DNA of 59,501 nucleotides, counting the filler. It is 4 parts of 4 records of this genome, joined end to end, with 100 filler letters (N's around TTAATTAATTAA, not from the genome) between each part and the next. Parts side by side here need not be neighbours in the genome. Positions count along the whole stretch, not along the records: positions 46,124 to 59,501 come from DRR723986_2333; 3 more parts are not named here. One strand, 5' to 3'. Shown here in pieces: positions 57,584 through 59,501 of the stretch. Position numbers and translations under genes: made by a program. Under the pieces are notes generated by a model, which saw only the letters and a list, made by a program, of their open reading frames with translations, was not told the origin of the DNA and did no database searches. Each line of letters opens with the position of its first letter. Positions within the stretch are counted from its first letter, which is position 1.

Positions 57584-59501
57584 TTAGATCACCTGACCCC
57601 GGCGTCGGCCATCGGCCACGCTTTCTTTGGCAATGCGCGCGATCTCGGGGATGGCTGCGCGAAGTCGCGCATCGATCTGTTCCGCCACACCCGTTTGCGC
57701 ACCACGTGCGTCGATATTGACGGTCACGCCTGAGCCAATGCTGCCGCCTTGGCCATAGTCAGCTGCCTCACGGCGGTTCAGCACCCGCTCTCCCCGCTGC
57801 AGGATTGTCGGCACCTCATCAGGGCGCAAGCCGGCCCAACCGCCAGCATGCATCCGCGGCGCGCCCGCGAAGGCCAATGCGGGCACCTGTCGGGTATGGC
57901 CCGAGAGCCCAACGATGCCGCCGGTATGGGACACTGCTGCTGCCACAGAGCCCCCACCAAAGATGCCCGAGAGTGCAGACGCGATGGGCCCCAGCACCGC
58001 GCGTTTGAACGCCAGCACCGCGAGATCAGCGAGGATCGAGCGGACAAGCGCCTTGAAGTCGAACTTGCCGGTTTCGACAAAATTCCGAAACGCGCTTTCG
58101 GCGCTGCTGAAGGCACCACTCAGGGTTTCTCCCAGACCTTTGCCCCAGTTGAGCGCGTCGGTGGCATAGCTGCGCAAAGCCTCTGACACGGCCTGCCAAC
58201 CGGTGACAATTCGGTCGCGGGCGCCACCGGCAGCCCCGCCAGCGCGTCCCATGGCCTCGGTCAAACGATCGGCAGATGCCGTGGCATCATCGAGCGCGGT
58301 CGCCCCGTCATTGCCGGCGCCCGCGACGGCATCGCGCAGGGCTTGCCAGGAGGTGAGCGGAGCCGTTGCGCCATTTGCAAGATCCGTCGCCGCCTGACGA
58401 TAGGTATTGGCCGTGGCCAGTGCCTCGGCTGCAATCCCGGAAAGACCGAGGTCCTCGGCCGAGAGCGGATTGTCGAGAAACGCCTGACGAAATGCCTCCG
58501 CTGCCGCGGTGCCCGCGTCGGCCGAGGCCCCGGCGAAGGGATTAGCAATGTCGCCGAGACTGATCTCGCCAATTTGCCCGAAGGTGGTCTCGATGCCGAC
58601 CGCCGCCAGAGCGTCCCGAATGCGCCCCGTGAAGGCGTCAATCCGGCGGATCGCCCCGTTCAGCATGGCCTCGATCCCGTCGAGCATGCGGTTAGCGGCC
58701 GTGAACACGAGATCGCCAATCACAGCAGGAAGCCGGGACCAGATTTCGCGCACGGCCAAAAGCGCGCCCTCGAAGGTATTGGCGGTGGTGTTGCCGAAGG
58801 CGACCACACTCTCCATCGCGGAAGCCATGCCCGAGGCCGCATCGGCCTTGAGGTCGTAGAACATCGCCGTCGCACGGGCCCCGGCGGCCGAAGCGCCGAG
58901 CTGGATCCGCTCCCACGCCTCGACGGCGACATTTTTCAAAAGCCGCATCGCCTCGCCGAAGCCGCCAGCACCAGCGGCGAGCCGGGTGAACCAGTAGACC
59001 AATTCGCCGGCACCCACGATCAGCGCGCCGATCCCGGTGCGGATGAGCGCACCTTTCAGCACGACGAGGGTCGTGGCCAATCCCCGCACCGATAGCGCGG
59101 CGACGGCCATCGCCGCGACCCAGCGTCCGGCAAGAAACGTGGCGAAGGTGCCTGCGTAGATCGCCAGTCGGTCGAGATTGGCCAGCACCGCATCGAAGGC
59201 TCGGCTGATCGGGCTGGTCGAGACCGCCAAAGACACAAAGGCATTGGCCGCCGCCTCCAGCGTGGGCGCCAGTGCCACCGCGATCCGGTTCCGCACGCCG
59301 GTAAAGACCTGGCCGATACTGACAAGGGCCAGTTCCGACCGACGCATCGCAGCGATGGCGTCGGCGTCGAGCACCGCGCCAAGCGCCTGCGCTTGTGCCC
59401 CGAGCCGGGTCATCTCTGCCCCGCCGTTTTGCAGGAGTGGAATAAGCCGCGTGGCATCGGATGCCATGGCCTCGAGATAGAAGGTCATCTCCTGTTGGCT
59501 G
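57584..59501 (-). CDS. Tail tape measure protein (lambda-like C-terminus), 5'-truncated
   Basis: Long Ala-rich helical ORF; F..TGK.DFK.LV.SILADL, H.GG, DEVPTILQRGERVL. Confidence 0.92.
   Translation of the reverse strand, partial: SQQEMTFYLEAMASDATRLIPLLQNGGAEMTRLGAQAQALGAVLDADAIAAMRRSELALVSIGQVFTGVRNRIAVALAPTLEAAANAFVSLAVSTSPISRAFDAVLANLDRLAIYAGTFATFLAGRWVAAMAVAALSVRGLATTLVVLKGALIRTGIGALIVGAGELVYWFTRLAAGAGGFGEAMRLLKNVAVEAWERIQLGASAAGARATAMFYDLKADAASGMASAMESVVAFGNTTANTFEGALLAVREIWSRLPAVIGDLVFTAANRMLDGIEAMLNGAIRRIDAFTGRIRDALAAVGIETTFGQIGEISLGDIANPFAGASADAGTAAAEAFRQAFLDNPLSAEDLGLSGIAAEALATANTYRQAATDLANGATAPLTSWQALRDAVAGAGNDGATALDDATASADRLTEAMGRAGGAAGGARDRIVTGWQAVSEALRSYATDALNWGKGLGETLSGAFSSAESAFRNFVETGKFDFKALVRSILADLAVLAFKRAVLGPIASALSGIFGGGSVAAAVSHTGGIVGLSGHTRQVPALAFAGAPRMHAGGWAGLRPDEVPTILQRGERVLNRREAADYGQGGSIGSGVTVNIDARGAQTGVAEQIDARLRAAIPEIARIAKESVADGRRRGQVI

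Larger units (their letters stand above)
46899..59501 (-). mobile_element. Prophage (siphovirus-type) tail/lysis/fibre module, partial
   Basis: Co-oriented tape measure, distal tail, tip, holin, endolysin, spanins and fibres. Confidence 0.92.

Noticed and set aside
46899-59501. Gene transfer agent (RcGTA-like) cluster
   Set aside because: Long lambda-like tape measure, GpJ-like tip, embedded lysis and fibre genes and a moron fit a prophage; no GTA megatron-type gene

Overview
The window is four unrelated contigs joined by three artificial 100-nt linkers (N44-TTAATTAATTAA-N44), so gene order across the linkers means nothing. Contig 1 (1-27411) is alphaproteobacterial chromosome of moderate GC, probably Roseibium/Labrenzia-like (inference). 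It holds aromatic-catabolism genes, a GNAT gene with a likely attenuator, msrA, and a glycosyltransferase/deacetylase operon divergent from an atypical ABC exporter, a cNMP-binding protein and an MBL hydrolase. It continues with a LuxR-type regulator, a membrane adenylate cyclase, an SDR, a HlyD pair, soxR, yjhX with a uORF, fliK-like/flhB-C genes and partial gatB. Contig 2 (27512-38644) is high-GC Rhodobacteraceae-like: partial icd, MFS, DsbA, acyl-CoA ligase, XRE-cupin, mfd, then an AT-richer two-gene island (ankyrin protein plus a TM/coiled-coil protein) and a partial methyltransferase. Contig 3 (38745-46023) has the hemF end, a secreted ClpP-like/PAN protein, rluE, tadA, rluB and duplicated xpaC-like genes with small membrane ORFs before telA. 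Contig 4 (46124-59501) is a siphovirus-type prophage tail, lysis and fibre module. The best candidate for an undescribed system is an unnamed TM + coiled-coil + conserved hairpin/Cys protein family that appears twice independently as AT-rich cargo: as an antisense moron in the prophage tail operon and beside the ankyrin gene after mfd. Also notable are a repeated C-terminal [D/N]GG-x-[F/Y] motif in fibre proteins, a possible cNMP-controlled glycoconjugate export locus, and two uORF/attenuator leaders. Family calls come from recognising motifs by eye; no searches were run.
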